Of a stretch of 64,000 bases of DNA, positions 46,342-55,877 are shown one piece after another (positions within the stretch are counted from its first letter, which is position 1; every line of letters starts with the position of its first letter). A program made the translations under genes and the position numbers. The stretch comes from a bacterium (GTDB lineage Bacteria > Pseudomonadota > Alphaproteobacteria > Rhizobiales > Aestuariivirgaceae). The notes under the pieces were generated by a model. The model saw only the letters and a program-made list of their open reading frames with translations, made no database searches and was not told where the DNA came from. The DNA lies in NCBI GenBank assembly GCA_022842165.1, contig JALHQC010000015.1:12030-76029 (forward strand), written 5' to 3'.

Positions 46342-47049
46342 ATGAAATCCTGGCCTTTGGCGCTGGCACTAATCGCCATTGCGGCGTCTTGCACGCCGGC
46401 AAGGGCCGATTTCGAGTCGGCGCGACGCTCTTTCAATCAACTGTCAGACACGTCTCGGACGTCGATCACCCTGGCGCTGATTGCAACGGGCGACTTCGAC
46501 GGATTGATCGACTTTGGTTTCACGCGGCGCTTTTTCAACTCCATCCGCAGTTTCGAGCGGCGCGAGAAGCTGCGCGCGGACGGCGTTCTCGACGACGGAG
46601 AATTGCGGAGATTGAAATCCATCGCAGACGCCGTCTACGCCAGGCTTGGCAATCGCTACTACACGCACCCCGTTACGGGTGCAAAGCTGCTGGTGCCGCG
46701 TGAAATGTTCGACCGTGAAGAAGAAACGCCGGAAGGACTGGTATTCAGCCGCGATGACAAGAACCTGTCGCTAAGCTTTGTATCGTTTTCCGAGGCAGCA
46801 CGGCGCTTCGACGAGCTTTATGCGACGCTGACCGCGGGCACGGCAGACCGTAACGTGACCTACAAGCGAAAACTTGCTTCTTATTTTGTGGCGACCGGCA
46901 CCTTCAAAGGCCGGAAGTTCTATACGTGGATAAGCAGAACCGGCGACAGCTCAACCGGATTTACGGTATCATGGAGCAATGCCTGGGACGATACAGGCCG
47001 GAAGATCTCATCGCTCCTGGCAAATTCCTTCCTGGCGGAACCTCCTTAG
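46342..47049 (+). CDS. Secreted protein with a degenerate peptidoglycan-binding domain
   Basis: Signal peptide MKSWPLALALIAIAASCTPARA; ALIATGDFDGLIDFGF...IRSFE....LRADGVLD resembles PG_binding_1. Confidence 0.6.
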   Translation: MKSWPLALALIAIAASCTPARADFESARRSFNQLSDTSRTSITLALIATGDFDGLIDFGFTRRFFNSIRSFERREKLRADGVLDDGELRRLKSIADAVYARLGNRYYTHPVTGAKLLVPREMFDREEETPEGLVFSRDDKNLSLSFVSFSEAARRFDELYATLTAGTADRNVTYKRKLASYFVATGTFKGRKFYTWISRTGDSSTGFTVSWSNAWDDTGRKISSLLANSFLAEPP

Positions 47050-48023
47050 AGTCCAGCTTTCGCGCGGCGAAGCCTCACGCCTGCAAGACCTTTCGGCAAG
47101 AGGATTACGAAGACTGCGAGAACAAGGCCCAATCCGATGTCGCGCCAGTCTCCCACCTCGCGCATTCCCTCGTCAGCCAGCATCAGAAGGGCGGCACCCA
47201 GGAGTGGGCCCCAGATCGTTCCCATGCCGCCGACCACGATCATCGACAGCAGGAAGAGCAGCATGGCGATCGAGAACACGATGGGGCCGACCACGCCGAA
47301 CTGCGCGGCATAAAAGGCTCCCGCCAGACCCGTGAAAAAGGCTGAGAGCCCGAAGACCCAGAGCTGATACTTGAACTTGCTGATGCCGCGCGACATGGCA
47401 TAGCCCGGATTGTCGCGGAGCGCCTTGAAAGCAAGCCCAAGTGGTCCCCGTATGATGGCGATCGAGAACATGACCGCCAAAACCGCCAGGCTCAAGCCGA
47501 CATAGTAATGCGCCACATAGAACTTCGAACCGAGGAGTGCGCGGAAGCCAAGGTCGCCGAAGCGCGAGAAGCCACGCACGCCGCCGAAGAGCGGCAGGCA
47601 GCCCGATGGCGGATTTGTGAAGCACGCCGTGTCATTGACTACGACAAGATAGATGACCTGCGCGATCGCTAGCGTGAGCAGTGCGACATAGGGTCCACGC
47701 AGGCGGAGGCAGGCGGCGCCGATGACAAGGCTTGCCGCAACGGTGATCAAGGCCGCAGCCGGCATGGCGACGATGACGGGGATCGCGAAGTAGTATGCCA
47801 GCATCGCGGTGGCATAGGCGCCAACCGCGAAGAGCGCCATTTGGGCAAGCGAGAAGATGCCGGCAACGCCAAGAACCAAATTCCACTGGGTTACGACAAT
47901 GGCCCAGATGAAGAATAGCGTCATCTGCGTGATGATGTAGCGCGTGCCAATGACCAACGGCACCAGCGCCAGAACGATGGCGAGGCCGATGCAGACCAGG
48001 ACGTCGCGTTTTGCCGGGCTCAC
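47046..48023 (-). CDS. Branched-chain amino acid (Liv-type) ABC permease, LivM-like
   Basis: FSLAQMALF.VGAY, LRGPYVALLTLA, GGMGTIWGP. Confidence 0.88.
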   Translation of the reverse strand: MSPAKRDVLVCIGLAIVLALVPLVIGTRYIITQMTLFFIWAIVVTQWNLVLGVAGIFSLAQMALFAVGAYATAMLAYYFAIPVIVAMPAAALITVAASLVIGAACLRLRGPYVALLTLAIAQVIYLVVVNDTACFTNPPSGCLPLFGGVRGFSRFGDLGFRALLGSKFYVAHYYVGLSLAVLAVMFSIAIIRGPLGLAFKALRDNPGYAMSRGISKFKYQLWVFGLSAFFTGLAGAFYAAQFGVVGPIVFSIAMLLFLLSMIVVGGMGTIWGPLLGAALLMLADEGMREVGDWRDIGLGLVLAVFVILLPKGLAGVRLRRAKAGL

Positions 48024-48904
48024 ATGCGCACCACTTGGGTGCGCCCAAACAGGCCCGCCGGACGCCAGATCAATACGGCGATCACCAGCATGAGCAGGAT
48101 GGCGAAGCTGTATTGCACGCCAAAGACATATTGGATGAGCGATTCGAGAAGGCCCAGCACGATCGCCGCCGCCACGGCCCCATAGACATTCCCGAGACCC
48201 GCAACCACGCAGATGACGAAGGCTTTCAGCATCGGATCTCCGCCCATGTTCGGCAGCAGTCCGGAAAGCGAGGAAATCATGATGCCGGATACCGCTGCCA
48301 GGGCGCCCGAGATCATCAGCACCTGGGCATAGACCTTGCCGATGCGGATACCCATCAGTTGCGCCGCATCGCGGTTCTGCGCGGTGGCGCGGATGGCGCG
48401 GCCCATGCGTGTGCGATTGAGGACGAAGGCGACCACAGCCATGAGCAAGACAGCAACGCCGAGGATCAGAATATTCTGGTTCGGCACATAGACGCTGCCG
48501 ATGATGACGGCGCCGTCAACCTTCAGGGGCTGGGCGACGGGCTGGGGTCCGAATACGCGAAGGATGACATTTTCGAGCACCGCGCCGATGCCGATGGTGG
48601 CGATAAATATCTGGGTTTCGAAATTGCGCGACGCCAGCATGGGACGAGCAGCCAAGTGATAGATGAGCAGCCCGGCAATGCCGCACACCGCCATGGCCAT
48701 GGCGACGCCGGCAACAGCGGGAAAGCCCAGCACCGTCATCGCATAGAGGCAGACATAGCCACCCAATGCCAGCAAGGCGCCATGCGCCATGTTCAGCATG
48801 TTGAGCGAGCCGTAAACCAGCGCCAGCCCGATGGTCGAGATCGCATACATGGCGCCGAGCGTCAGGCCGGACGCGATGATCTGAACCAGAACATCCATCA
48901 TCAT
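48020..48904 (-). CDS. Liv-type ABC permease, LivH-like
   Basis: GL.LG.MYA, NMAHG, GRAIRATAQN.DAA.LMGI. Confidence 0.88.
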   Translation of the reverse strand: MMMDVLVQIIASGLTLGAMYAISTIGLALVYGSLNMLNMAHGALLALGGYVCLYAMTVLGFPAVAGVAMAMAVCGIAGLLIYHLAARPMLASRNFETQIFIATIGIGAVLENVILRVFGPQPVAQPLKVDGAVIIGSVYVPNQNILILGVAVLLMAVVAFVLNRTRMGRAIRATAQNRDAAQLMGIRIGKVYAQVLMISGALAAVSGIMISSLSGLLPNMGGDPMLKAFVICVVAGLGNVYGAVAAAIVLGLLESLIQYVFGVQYSFAILLMLVIAVLIWRPAGLFGRTQVVRM

Positions 48905-49614
48905 GCTCCGAGATAGGTTGCGATGATTTCGGGGCTCGACAGGAAATCGCTGCCGCTGCCCGACCAGGCGAAGGAGCCATTGTCCAGAAGGTGCAGCACA
49001 TCCGCCATCTCGGCGATGCGGGTGGCATTCTCCTCGACGATGAGTATGGTGCGGCCCGAGGATTTCAATGACTGGATGACGGCGTAGATCTGGTCGATGA
49101 CGATGGGAGCGAGGCCGAGCGATGGCTCATCCAGCATCAGGATGTTGCCGCCCGCCATCAACCCCCGGCCGATGCCAACCATACGGCGCTCGCCGCCCGA
49201 AAGCGTGCTTGCGAGCTGTGCTTGACGCTCTTTCAGCTTGGGCAGAAGTGCGAAGACCTCCTCGAGGCGCTGTGACTCCCGTTGTGCGGCATCGGGCAGA
49301 TAGGCGCCCATGCGAAGGTTCTCCAGCACCGTCATGTCCGGAAACAGGAGATCGCCCTGCGGCACGTGGATGATCCCGGCAGCGACGGTTTCGTCGGGGC
49401 GTAGCGTTTCGATGCGCCGCCCGCGGAACGAAACCGTTCCCGACCTTACGCGGACGAGGCCCGAAATTGTGCGGAGCAATGTCGTCTTGCCGTGGCCGTT
49501 GGGGCCGACCAGCGCGGCCAGCGTTCCCTCCTCTACCCTCAGAGAGACATCGCGGATGACGAGATGGTGGCCGTAGCCCGACGATACGCCGGCAAGATCG
49601 AGGACCGCGCTCAT
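48901..49614 (-). CDS. Liv-type ABC ATPase, LivF-like
   Basis: GPNGHGKTT, LSGGERRM, LDEPSLGLAP. Confidence 0.9.
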   Translation of the reverse strand: MSAVLDLAGVSSGYGHHLVIRDVSLRVEEGTLAALVGPNGHGKTTLLRTISGLVRVRSGTVSFRGRRIETLRPDETVAAGIIHVPQGDLLFPDMTVLENLRMGAYLPDAAQRESQRLEEVFALLPKLKERQAQLASTLSGGERRMVGIGRGLMAGGNILMLDEPSLGLAPIVIDQIYAVIQSLKSSGRTILIVEENATRIAEMADVLHLLDNGSFAWSGSGSDFLSSPEIIATYLGA

Positions 49615-50405
49615 GATTGGCCGGCCTCCATCAACTTGCCCAGGCGCTCCGATGCGCCTTCGCCCAAGTAGACGTCGATGACAGTGCGATCCTTCGCGAG
49701 GCCTTGCGGCGGGCCTTCGTAGATGCTTTCGCCATGATGCATGATAAGTACGCGCGTCGAAAGCTGTACGAGAAACCGCATCACGTGCTCGATCAGGACA
49801 ATGGTGACGCCGCCCTGGGCGATGCGGCGCACGGCGTCCATCATGTGGTCGATCTCTCTTGGGCTCAGGCCGCCGACGGGCTCATCCATCAACAGAAGCC
49901 TGGGCTTCGTGGCAATGGCGCCTGCAAGCATCAGAAGCTTGCGGTCCAGCACGGGGAGTTCGCCGGCAATCAGATGGTCCTTGCCGGCAAGGCCCACGGC
50001 TTCCAGCGCGGCGGTGGTCTGCTCCTCTACATCCGGGCCGACTTTCAAGCCCGGATAGGCGCGGTTCTCCCGCCCGAAATAGGCGGCAACGCGAACATTA
50101 TCGCGGACGCTCAGAGATTCGAAGCTGGCGTTCAGTTGAAACGTCCGCGCGATTCCCGCATGGCACACGGTTTCCGGTGGCAGCATGGAGATGTCGCGGC
50201 CCTGGAAGATCACGCTGCCGCTCGTCGCCTGGTTCAAACCGGAGATCACTTCAAATAGCGTCGTCTTGCCGGCGCCGTTCGGTCCCCCGATTCCCAGCAC
50301 GTCACCGGGATAGACATCGAAGCTCAGATTGTTGACCGCCGCCAGCGCGCCAAAAAACTTCGACACTCCCTTGCAGGAGAGCAATGGCTCGCGAGCGGCG
50401 GTCAA
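49611..50405 (-). CDS. Liv-type ABC ATPase, LivG-like
   Basis: GPNGAGKTT, GIARTFQ, LMDEPVGGL, IEHVM. Confidence 0.9.
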   Translation of the reverse strand: MTAAREPLLSCKGVSKFFGALAAVNNLSFDVYPGDVLGIGGPNGAGKTTLFEVISGLNQATSGSVIFQGRDISMLPPETVCHAGIARTFQLNASFESLSVRDNVRVAAYFGRENRAYPGLKVGPDVEEQTTAALEAVGLAGKDHLIAGELPVLDRKLLMLAGAIATKPRLLLMDEPVGGLSPREIDHMMDAVRRIAQGGVTIVLIEHVMRFLVQLSTRVLIMHHGESIYEGPPQGLAKDRTVIDVYLGEGASERLGKLMEAGQS

Positions 50406-50420
50406 GTTACTAGCCCTGCC

Positions 50421-51746
50421 TTATGCCTTCATCCAGGGCGGCAGCTTGAAGGTGGTCGTGTCGTAAGGGGTCGGCGCGATCAGCAGTCCGCTCCTGGTGT
50501 GGTCCTGAATCTGCAGGAACTGGTGCGGCATGCCGAGGGAGGAGTCCTTCGTCTGCGTGGGGTAGGTATAGGCCGACTGCTCATCCGTCACGAAACGGGT
50601 GGTGCCGCAGACGCCGCGCCAGATCATCGAACGCATGCGGTCCGCCACCTTGCGGTTCTGCTCCTCGTTGCCAGGCTCGCCGGAGCCGCCTGCCAGTGCT
50701 GCGGCGGTTGCCCATACCCAGGCGCCATCGTAGGATTGCGCACCGGAATTGTGGCCGGCGTTTTCGCCGAACTTCGCCTTGTAGCGCGTCTCGAAGGCGG
50801 TGCCGATCTCATCCTGCAATGCGCCGACTACCGTGGCATAGACAACGCCATTCGAGGCCTCCTTGGCGATATCGCGGAAGGCGGGGATCGAAGGACCGTA
50901 TTGCATGTAGACGAGGCTGTTCGTGGGGTTCGGCACGAACTGAACCATGAACTGCGCCAGATCGGCCGGCAGGAAATGCGTGACGCAGATGACGGCCGGC
51001 GGGTCCTGCCGGATCTTCGCCAATGTCGGGCCCCATTCCGAAATCGGAACGTTCACGGTTTCGAAGAGGCTGATTTCCCAGCCATACTCGCCGGCCTTTT
51101 CCTTCACGGCGTTGGCGATGTTGGCAGCATAGACGCCAGCAGAAAGGATAACGGCCATCTTGTTGTTGGCGCGCTTGTAGGATCCCAGTTCCTCAAGCTG
51201 CGCCACGAATTTCAGGAAGCCGGGGCCGTACCAGTATTCCGCCGGGTCGCCCTGGAAGGAACCGAAGTAGCGGTTGGGGTCCGACTTGATGAGGTTGTTG
51301 TGGCCGATCGTCGTGTCGTAGTGGACATAGATGATGCCCGCATCGGCGATCACGTCCTGGATGGCGCCGCCGGAGCCGATGTTGTAGCCGTTCAGCACGG
51401 CATGCACCGAATGCCGGTCGATCAGGCGCTGCACGGCCTGAACATTGGTGGCATCGCCCATCTGCTTGGTGTCTTCGAAATAGGGCTCGAGCGGACGGCC
51501 GAGAATGCCGCCCAGCGCGTTGATTTCCTCGCAGGCAAGCGTCAGCCCGTTCTTGAACTCGACGCCGTCGGCGGCGGCAAAGTCGGTCAAGGGCGCGGCC
51601 TGTCCCACGGGTATCGGGTCTCCGGCCGCGCGCGCGCCGTCATTGAGGCTCGCAAGCATCGCCGCACTTCCGCCCAGGGCGGCGGCGCCTTTCAGGAAAT
51701 TGCGGCGGCCCGGAATGATGTTCGGCGTCGAAAGCTTCTTGTCCAT
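50421..51746 (-). CDS. Tat-exported Liv-type ABC substrate-binding protein
   Basis: GRRNFLKGAAALG twin-arginine signal; EINALGGILGRP; start set at ATG 51746. Confidence 0.85.
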   Translation of the reverse strand: MDKKLSTPNIIPGRRNFLKGAAALGGSAAMLASLNDGARAAGDPIPVGQAAPLTDFAAADGVEFKNGLTLACEEINALGGILGRPLEPYFEDTKQMGDATNVQAVQRLIDRHSVHAVLNGYNIGSGGAIQDVIADAGIIYVHYDTTIGHNNLIKSDPNRYFGSFQGDPAEYWYGPGFLKFVAQLEELGSYKRANNKMAVILSAGVYAANIANAVKEKAGEYGWEISLFETVNVPISEWGPTLAKIRQDPPAVICVTHFLPADLAQFMVQFVPNPTNSLVYMQYGPSIPAFRDIAKEASNGVVYATVVGALQDEIGTAFETRYKAKFGENAGHNSGAQSYDGAWVWATAAALAGGSGEPGNEEQNRKVADRMRSMIWRGVCGTTRFVTDEQSAYTYPTQTKDSSLGMPHQFLQIQDHTRSGLLIAPTPYDTTTFKLPPWMKA

Positions 51747-51787
51747 CTGTCTCTCCCTCGATTGTCGTGATGTTATGAATGCACGGA

Positions 51788-52888
51788 TCACTTGATATTG
51801 TTGACGAGTTTCGCGGCCTCGGAGATCGCCTGTTCCTGATGCGGCTGCAGCGATTGCTGGCCCCATCTTGCCATATGCGGTCCCCACGGGTCCTCGACAC
51901 CGGTGCGGATGCCGCTCATTTCCTCCATCACGGCGAGGCCGCAATAGGGCACATACATGGGCGAATAGCCACCCTCGTGCGACATCACCAGCCTACCGCC
52001 GCAGAGGTCGTCCGCCGCCTTCAGCAGCAGTTTCGTCATGCTGCGATAGCCCTCCGAACTCACCATCATGCGCCCCAGCGGATCGACGCCCGAGGCATCG
52101 AATCCTGACGGCACCACGATCAGTTCCGGCTTGAACCTGTAGAGTGCCGGAATCACCACGCGCTCGAATGCGGCGACATAGGCGCCATCGCCACAACCGG
52201 GAGGCAGGGGAATGTTGAGATTGTAGCCCCTGCCCGCGCCTTCGCCATTCTCCTCGGTGCCGCCTGAATCCGCCGGGAAGAGATTGTCCTGGTGAAGCGA
52301 GATCGTCAGCGTCGTGGGGTCGGAATAGAATGCCGATTGCGTGCCGTTGCCGTGGTGAACGTCCCAGTCGACCGTGGCGATGCGGCCCAGCTTGTGGGCG
52401 GCGCGGGCGTGCATGACGGCGACCGCGACATTGCCAAACAGGCAGAAACCCATGCCGACATTGGCCGTAGCATGGTGGCCGGGCGGGCGCACCAGGGCAT
52501 AGGCGTTCTTCACCTTGCCAGTGATGACGGCGTCGAAGGCTTCCATCGTGCCGCCGGCAGAGAGCTGCGCGATCTCGAAACTGCCTTTGCCGAATGGGGT
52601 GAGCACGCTCGCGTCGCCGCCGTTCTCGGCACTCATGGCCTTGATGCGGGCGATGTGTTCACGCGTATGGAAGCGGGCGAGTTCGTCCTCCGTCGCATAG
52701 CGCGGCTTGATGGCGACAAGCTGGTCGAGAAGGCCTGAAACTTCCAGCAGGTTGCGGAAACGGCGCTTGGTTTCGGGATTCTCGGCATGCTCGCCGGGCT
52801 GGATCGTGAGGCTCGGCGCGAAGACTTGCGCCCAGTTCCATGTGTTGTGCCACATGTAGAGTTCGTGACAGACAAATCCAGTCGCCAT
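51788..52888 (-). CDS. Class II histone-deacetylase-like amidohydrolase
   Basis: HAENPETKRR, RPPGHHA, DWDVHHGNGTQ, GFDASGVDPLG, HEGGYS; start ATG 52888. Confidence 0.9.
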   Translation of the reverse strand: MATGFVCHELYMWHNTWNWAQVFAPSLTIQPGEHAENPETKRRFRNLLEVSGLLDQLVAIKPRYATEDELARFHTREHIARIKAMSAENGGDASVLTPFGKGSFEIAQLSAGGTMEAFDAVITGKVKNAYALVRPPGHHATANVGMGFCLFGNVAVAVMHARAAHKLGRIATVDWDVHHGNGTQSAFYSDPTTLTISLHQDNLFPADSGGTEENGEGAGRGYNLNIPLPPGCGDGAYVAAFERVVIPALYRFKPELIVVPSGFDASGVDPLGRMMVSSEGYRSMTKLLLKAADDLCGGRLVMSHEGGYSPMYVPYCGLAVMEEMSGIRTGVEDPWGPHMARWGQQSLQPHQEQAISEAAKLVNNIK

Positions 52889-53187
52889 GAGTGTTCCTCT
52901 GCTTTGCCGCTCCAGACGATGGGCAGCCTCATTCTTCAGGCGACAATAAAGGCACAAAACCGGCCGTCATGCGAGAGGGTTGGCAGCGAATATGCGGCAG
53001 CCATTCACTGACTGTACTGCAGCCATGCCAGATGCGGGGGACGCAAATCCCATGGATGGTTCCGCCGCAGGTTTCGATCTCTTTGCCCTGGCCGGCTACG
53101 CGCAGCGGCAGGGGACGTGTCGCGCCCCGCTACCGGCTGCGGCGACGAACCAATCTGCAGATCGGCGCATGGAGTCGCGGCTGCCGG

Positions 53188-53212
53188 GGAACCACGCTGA
53201 TCGTCACACGTT
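53188..53212 (+). promoter_or_regulatory. EcfG-type promoter with no convincing downstream gene
   Basis: GGAAC-N16-CGTT, perfect consensus, in a 450-nt intergenic region. Confidence 0.5.
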
Positions 53213-53337
53213 TTCCGGACGCGCACTCCATGTGTCAACCAGACGCGATGGCATAGGGAATGATCCGGTTTTTCTGGTTTCCCGCGTCAGCCGACGAATT
53301 GGCAGCCGAGCCCTTGTCCCATCCGTGGAGTCCGCAA

Positions 53338-54183
53338 CTATTCTGGCACGCCGGGGTGCGCAGCCACCGCTTCCGGCGTCACTCCGATCACCGCCTTCAC
53401 CGGCAGGTGATCGGACGCGATTCGTGAGAGGTCCGTCATCACCGCATACATCTCATAGACCGTGACATGCTTGTTGGTGAGCACGCGGTCCAGCGGCCAG
53501 ATTGGAAACCGCGAAGGAAAACTGGCGATCGCCATGTCCACATCGGCAAGGTGCGGATCGAAGGTGCTGAGAGTCGACTTTTCGCCAATGCGCCATTCAT
53601 TGGTATCGCCCAGCAGAATGACGGCACGGTCATGCACTGGGTGTGCCGCGTGCAATATCGCCTCAACCTGCTTCGCGCGCGAACGGCGCAGGAGCCCCAG
53701 ATGAGCGCCAATGATGCAAAGCGGAACGCCCTCGACCTCGAAATCGACCAGAACCGCCCCCCGCGGCTCAAGCCCGGGCAATGTCAACTTGTCGGCCGCG
53801 GTAACGATGCCTTTCCGGTAGAGGACGACGTTGCCATGCCATCCATGGCTCAGCTTCCGGGAGCCCATGTCGAGGACCGAACGGTAGCCCCCCTTGGAGT
53901 ACAGCGCATCGAGGTTCAGCAAGCCGCGCCTGCTGCCGAAGCGTTCATCAGCCTCCTGCAAGGCGATGATGTCGGCATCGAGTTCCAGCAGCACATTGAG
54001 AATGCGATCGGGATCGAAACTGCCATCCGTGCCTACGCACTTGTGCACATTGTAAGAGGCGACCGAAATCGACAGAGCCGGAATGGGAGTATCCGATCGG
54101 TAGCGCTTCTGGCCAACCGGAGCCGGAGGCCGCATGGCCTTACTTGTAAGATTCCGGCGAAGAGCCGGAACGATATGCTTCAT
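53338..54183 (-). CDS. Endonuclease/exonuclease/phosphatase family (YbhP-like)
   Basis: ASYNVHKC, ALQEAD, AHLGL, LGDTNEW, LDRV, ASDHLPV; start uncertain (54135-54213). Confidence 0.88.
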   Translation of the reverse strand: MKHIVPALRRNLTSKAMRPPAPVGQKRYRSDTPIPALSISVASYNVHKCVGTDGSFDPDRILNVLLELDADIIALQEADERFGSRRGLLNLDALYSKGGYRSVLDMGSRKLSHGWHGNVVLYRKGIVTAADKLTLPGLEPRGAVLVDFEVEGVPLCIIGAHLGLLRRSRAKQVEAILHAAHPVHDRAVILLGDTNEWRIGEKSTLSTFDPHLADVDMAIASFPSRFPIWPLDRVLTNKHVTVYEMYAVMTDLSRIASDHLPVKAVIGVTPEAVAAHPGVPE

Positions 54184-54332
54184 GTTGCATTCAACCTTAT
54201 CGGCCTTCCGCAAGTGGCGGCCGGAACTGATGTATTATCGAATCGACAAGGTGCATAGTCTGCTGCAAGGGTTCAAGTGTTTTTCCGGGCCATAAGGCAG
54301 CCGCGTAACTTTCGGGTCATTCCCTGACATAC

Positions 54333-55874
54333 ATGCTCACTGGACTTCTGATAGTTGCCGCCCTGATTGCCAGTGTGGGCTTTGTCTATTTCTACGGGAA
54401 TTCCGCGCAAAGACGCAGAGGCCCGAATTCATATGCCTTGCCGCAAAGCGATGGCGGCGGCGCGCTTGACCGGGCCCTTGCTCCGCAAGAGGCCGCGCAT
54501 CCGGGCGAGACCGGCCTTCACATCATGCCAGACAATATGGAAGCTTTTGCTGCGCGCTGGCAGACGCTAAAGCTGGCGGGCCGCAGCCTCGATCTTCAAT
54601 ACTATTACTGGAAAGGCGACCTGACCGGGCGCCTGCTCTGCCTCGGGCTGATCGAGGCCGCGGACCGCGGCGTACGGGTGCGGCTTCTGCTCGACGACAT
54701 CAACAACTACGGTTTCGACAAGACCTACCTGGCGCTCGACAGCCACCCCAACATCCATGTCCGCCTGTTCAACCCGAGCCGCAGCCGGGAAGATCCGTTC
54801 CGCCGCGGCATTGAACTCATCGTCAAGTATTTCACCGCCACGCGCCGCATGCACAACAAGTGCTGGATCGCCGATGGCCGGATTGCGATCGCCGGGGGCC
54901 GGAACATCGGCGACGAATATTTCGACGCGTCCGAAACCGCGAATTTCCAGGATATCGACGTTCTCGCGGCGGGCAAGGCGGTCAAGGACGCCGAAGCGAT
55001 TTTCGACAGGTACTGGAACAGCGAGGCGGCCTTGCCCATCCGGCAGTTGCACCGCATCAGGAAGCCAAAGCTCGGCAAATTGAGATTGAAGCTCATGGCG
55101 GACTGCCGCAGCGATCGCGCGGCGCGTTTTCTCGCCATGGCCAAGTGCACGCCCGGTGAGGCATCTCTCGTGTTACCCATCTCCAGATTTCACTGGTCCG
55201 CCGAAGCGAAAATGATCGCCGATCCGCCGGAGAAGGCATCCGGCGAAGCGCGGTCGGAATGGATGGGCGAGCGGATCATCGAGCTCATAAAGTCGGCACG
55301 GACGAGCCTGGCTATCGTTTCGCCCTACTTCATCCCCGGCCAGACCGGCGCCAGAACGATGGCCGGGCTGGCCGCGGATGGAGTGAACATCCGTGTGCTG
55401 ACGAATTCGCTTGCCGCAACCGACGTGATAGCCGTTCATGGCGCCTATGCGCGGTATCGCGAACTTCTGGTTAAGAGCTCGGTGAAACTGTTCGAGCTGA
55501 AACCCGAACCGAGACGGCATCGGGCCTCGCTCTTCGGCTCCACCACGGCCAGCCTGCACACGAAGGCCCTGATGGTGGATGGCGGCGTGGGCTTCATCGG
55601 CTCCTTCAATCTCGATCCCCGCTCGCGGTCGATCAATACCGAAATGGGCATCCTGTTTCGCTGCCCCGTTCTGGCTCGGCAGTTGCGAGCGATTTTCGAG
55701 AGCCAGATTTCGCCCGAAATCAGCTACCGGGTGAGCGAGAGCGGGGGAAACCTGCAGTGGGCGGACGTGCGTGACGGCAAGAGCCGCACTCACACCAGCG
55801 AGCCCGATGCGCCACTGCGGCGGATCATCCCGGCCACCATCATCGCGTGGCTGCCGATTGAATCGCAATTATAG
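54333..55874 (+). CDS. Phospholipase D family, cardiolipin synthase ClsC-like
   Basis: Two HKD motifs (RMHNKCWIAD, LHTKALMVD), GGRNIGDEYF, TNSLAATDV; N-terminal TM. Confidence 0.88.
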   Translation: MLTGLLIVAALIASVGFVYFYGNSAQRRRGPNSYALPQSDGGGALDRALAPQEAAHPGETGLHIMPDNMEAFAARWQTLKLAGRSLDLQYYYWKGDLTGRLLCLGLIEAADRGVRVRLLLDDINNYGFDKTYLALDSHPNIHVRLFNPSRSREDPFRRGIELIVKYFTATRRMHNKCWIADGRIAIAGGRNIGDEYFDASETANFQDIDVLAAGKAVKDAEAIFDRYWNSEAALPIRQLHRIRKPKLGKLRLKLMADCRSDRAARFLAMAKCTPGEASLVLPISRFHWSAEAKMIADPPEKASGEARSEWMGERIIELIKSARTSLAIVSPYFIPGQTGARTMAGLAADGVNIRVLTNSLAATDVIAVHGAYARYRELLVKSSVKLFELKPEPRRHRASLFGSTTASLHTKALMVDGGVGFIGSFNLDPRSRSINTEMGILFRCPVLARQLRAIFESQISPEISYRVSESGGNLQWADVRDGKSRTHTSEPDAPLRRIIPATIIAWLPIESQL

Positions 55875-55877
55875 GCT

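Noticed and set aside
15515-47049. Convergent genes sharing overlapping stop codons (15515-15518, 22598-22601, 47046-47049)
   Set aside because: Common compaction in bacterial genomes; no sign of function
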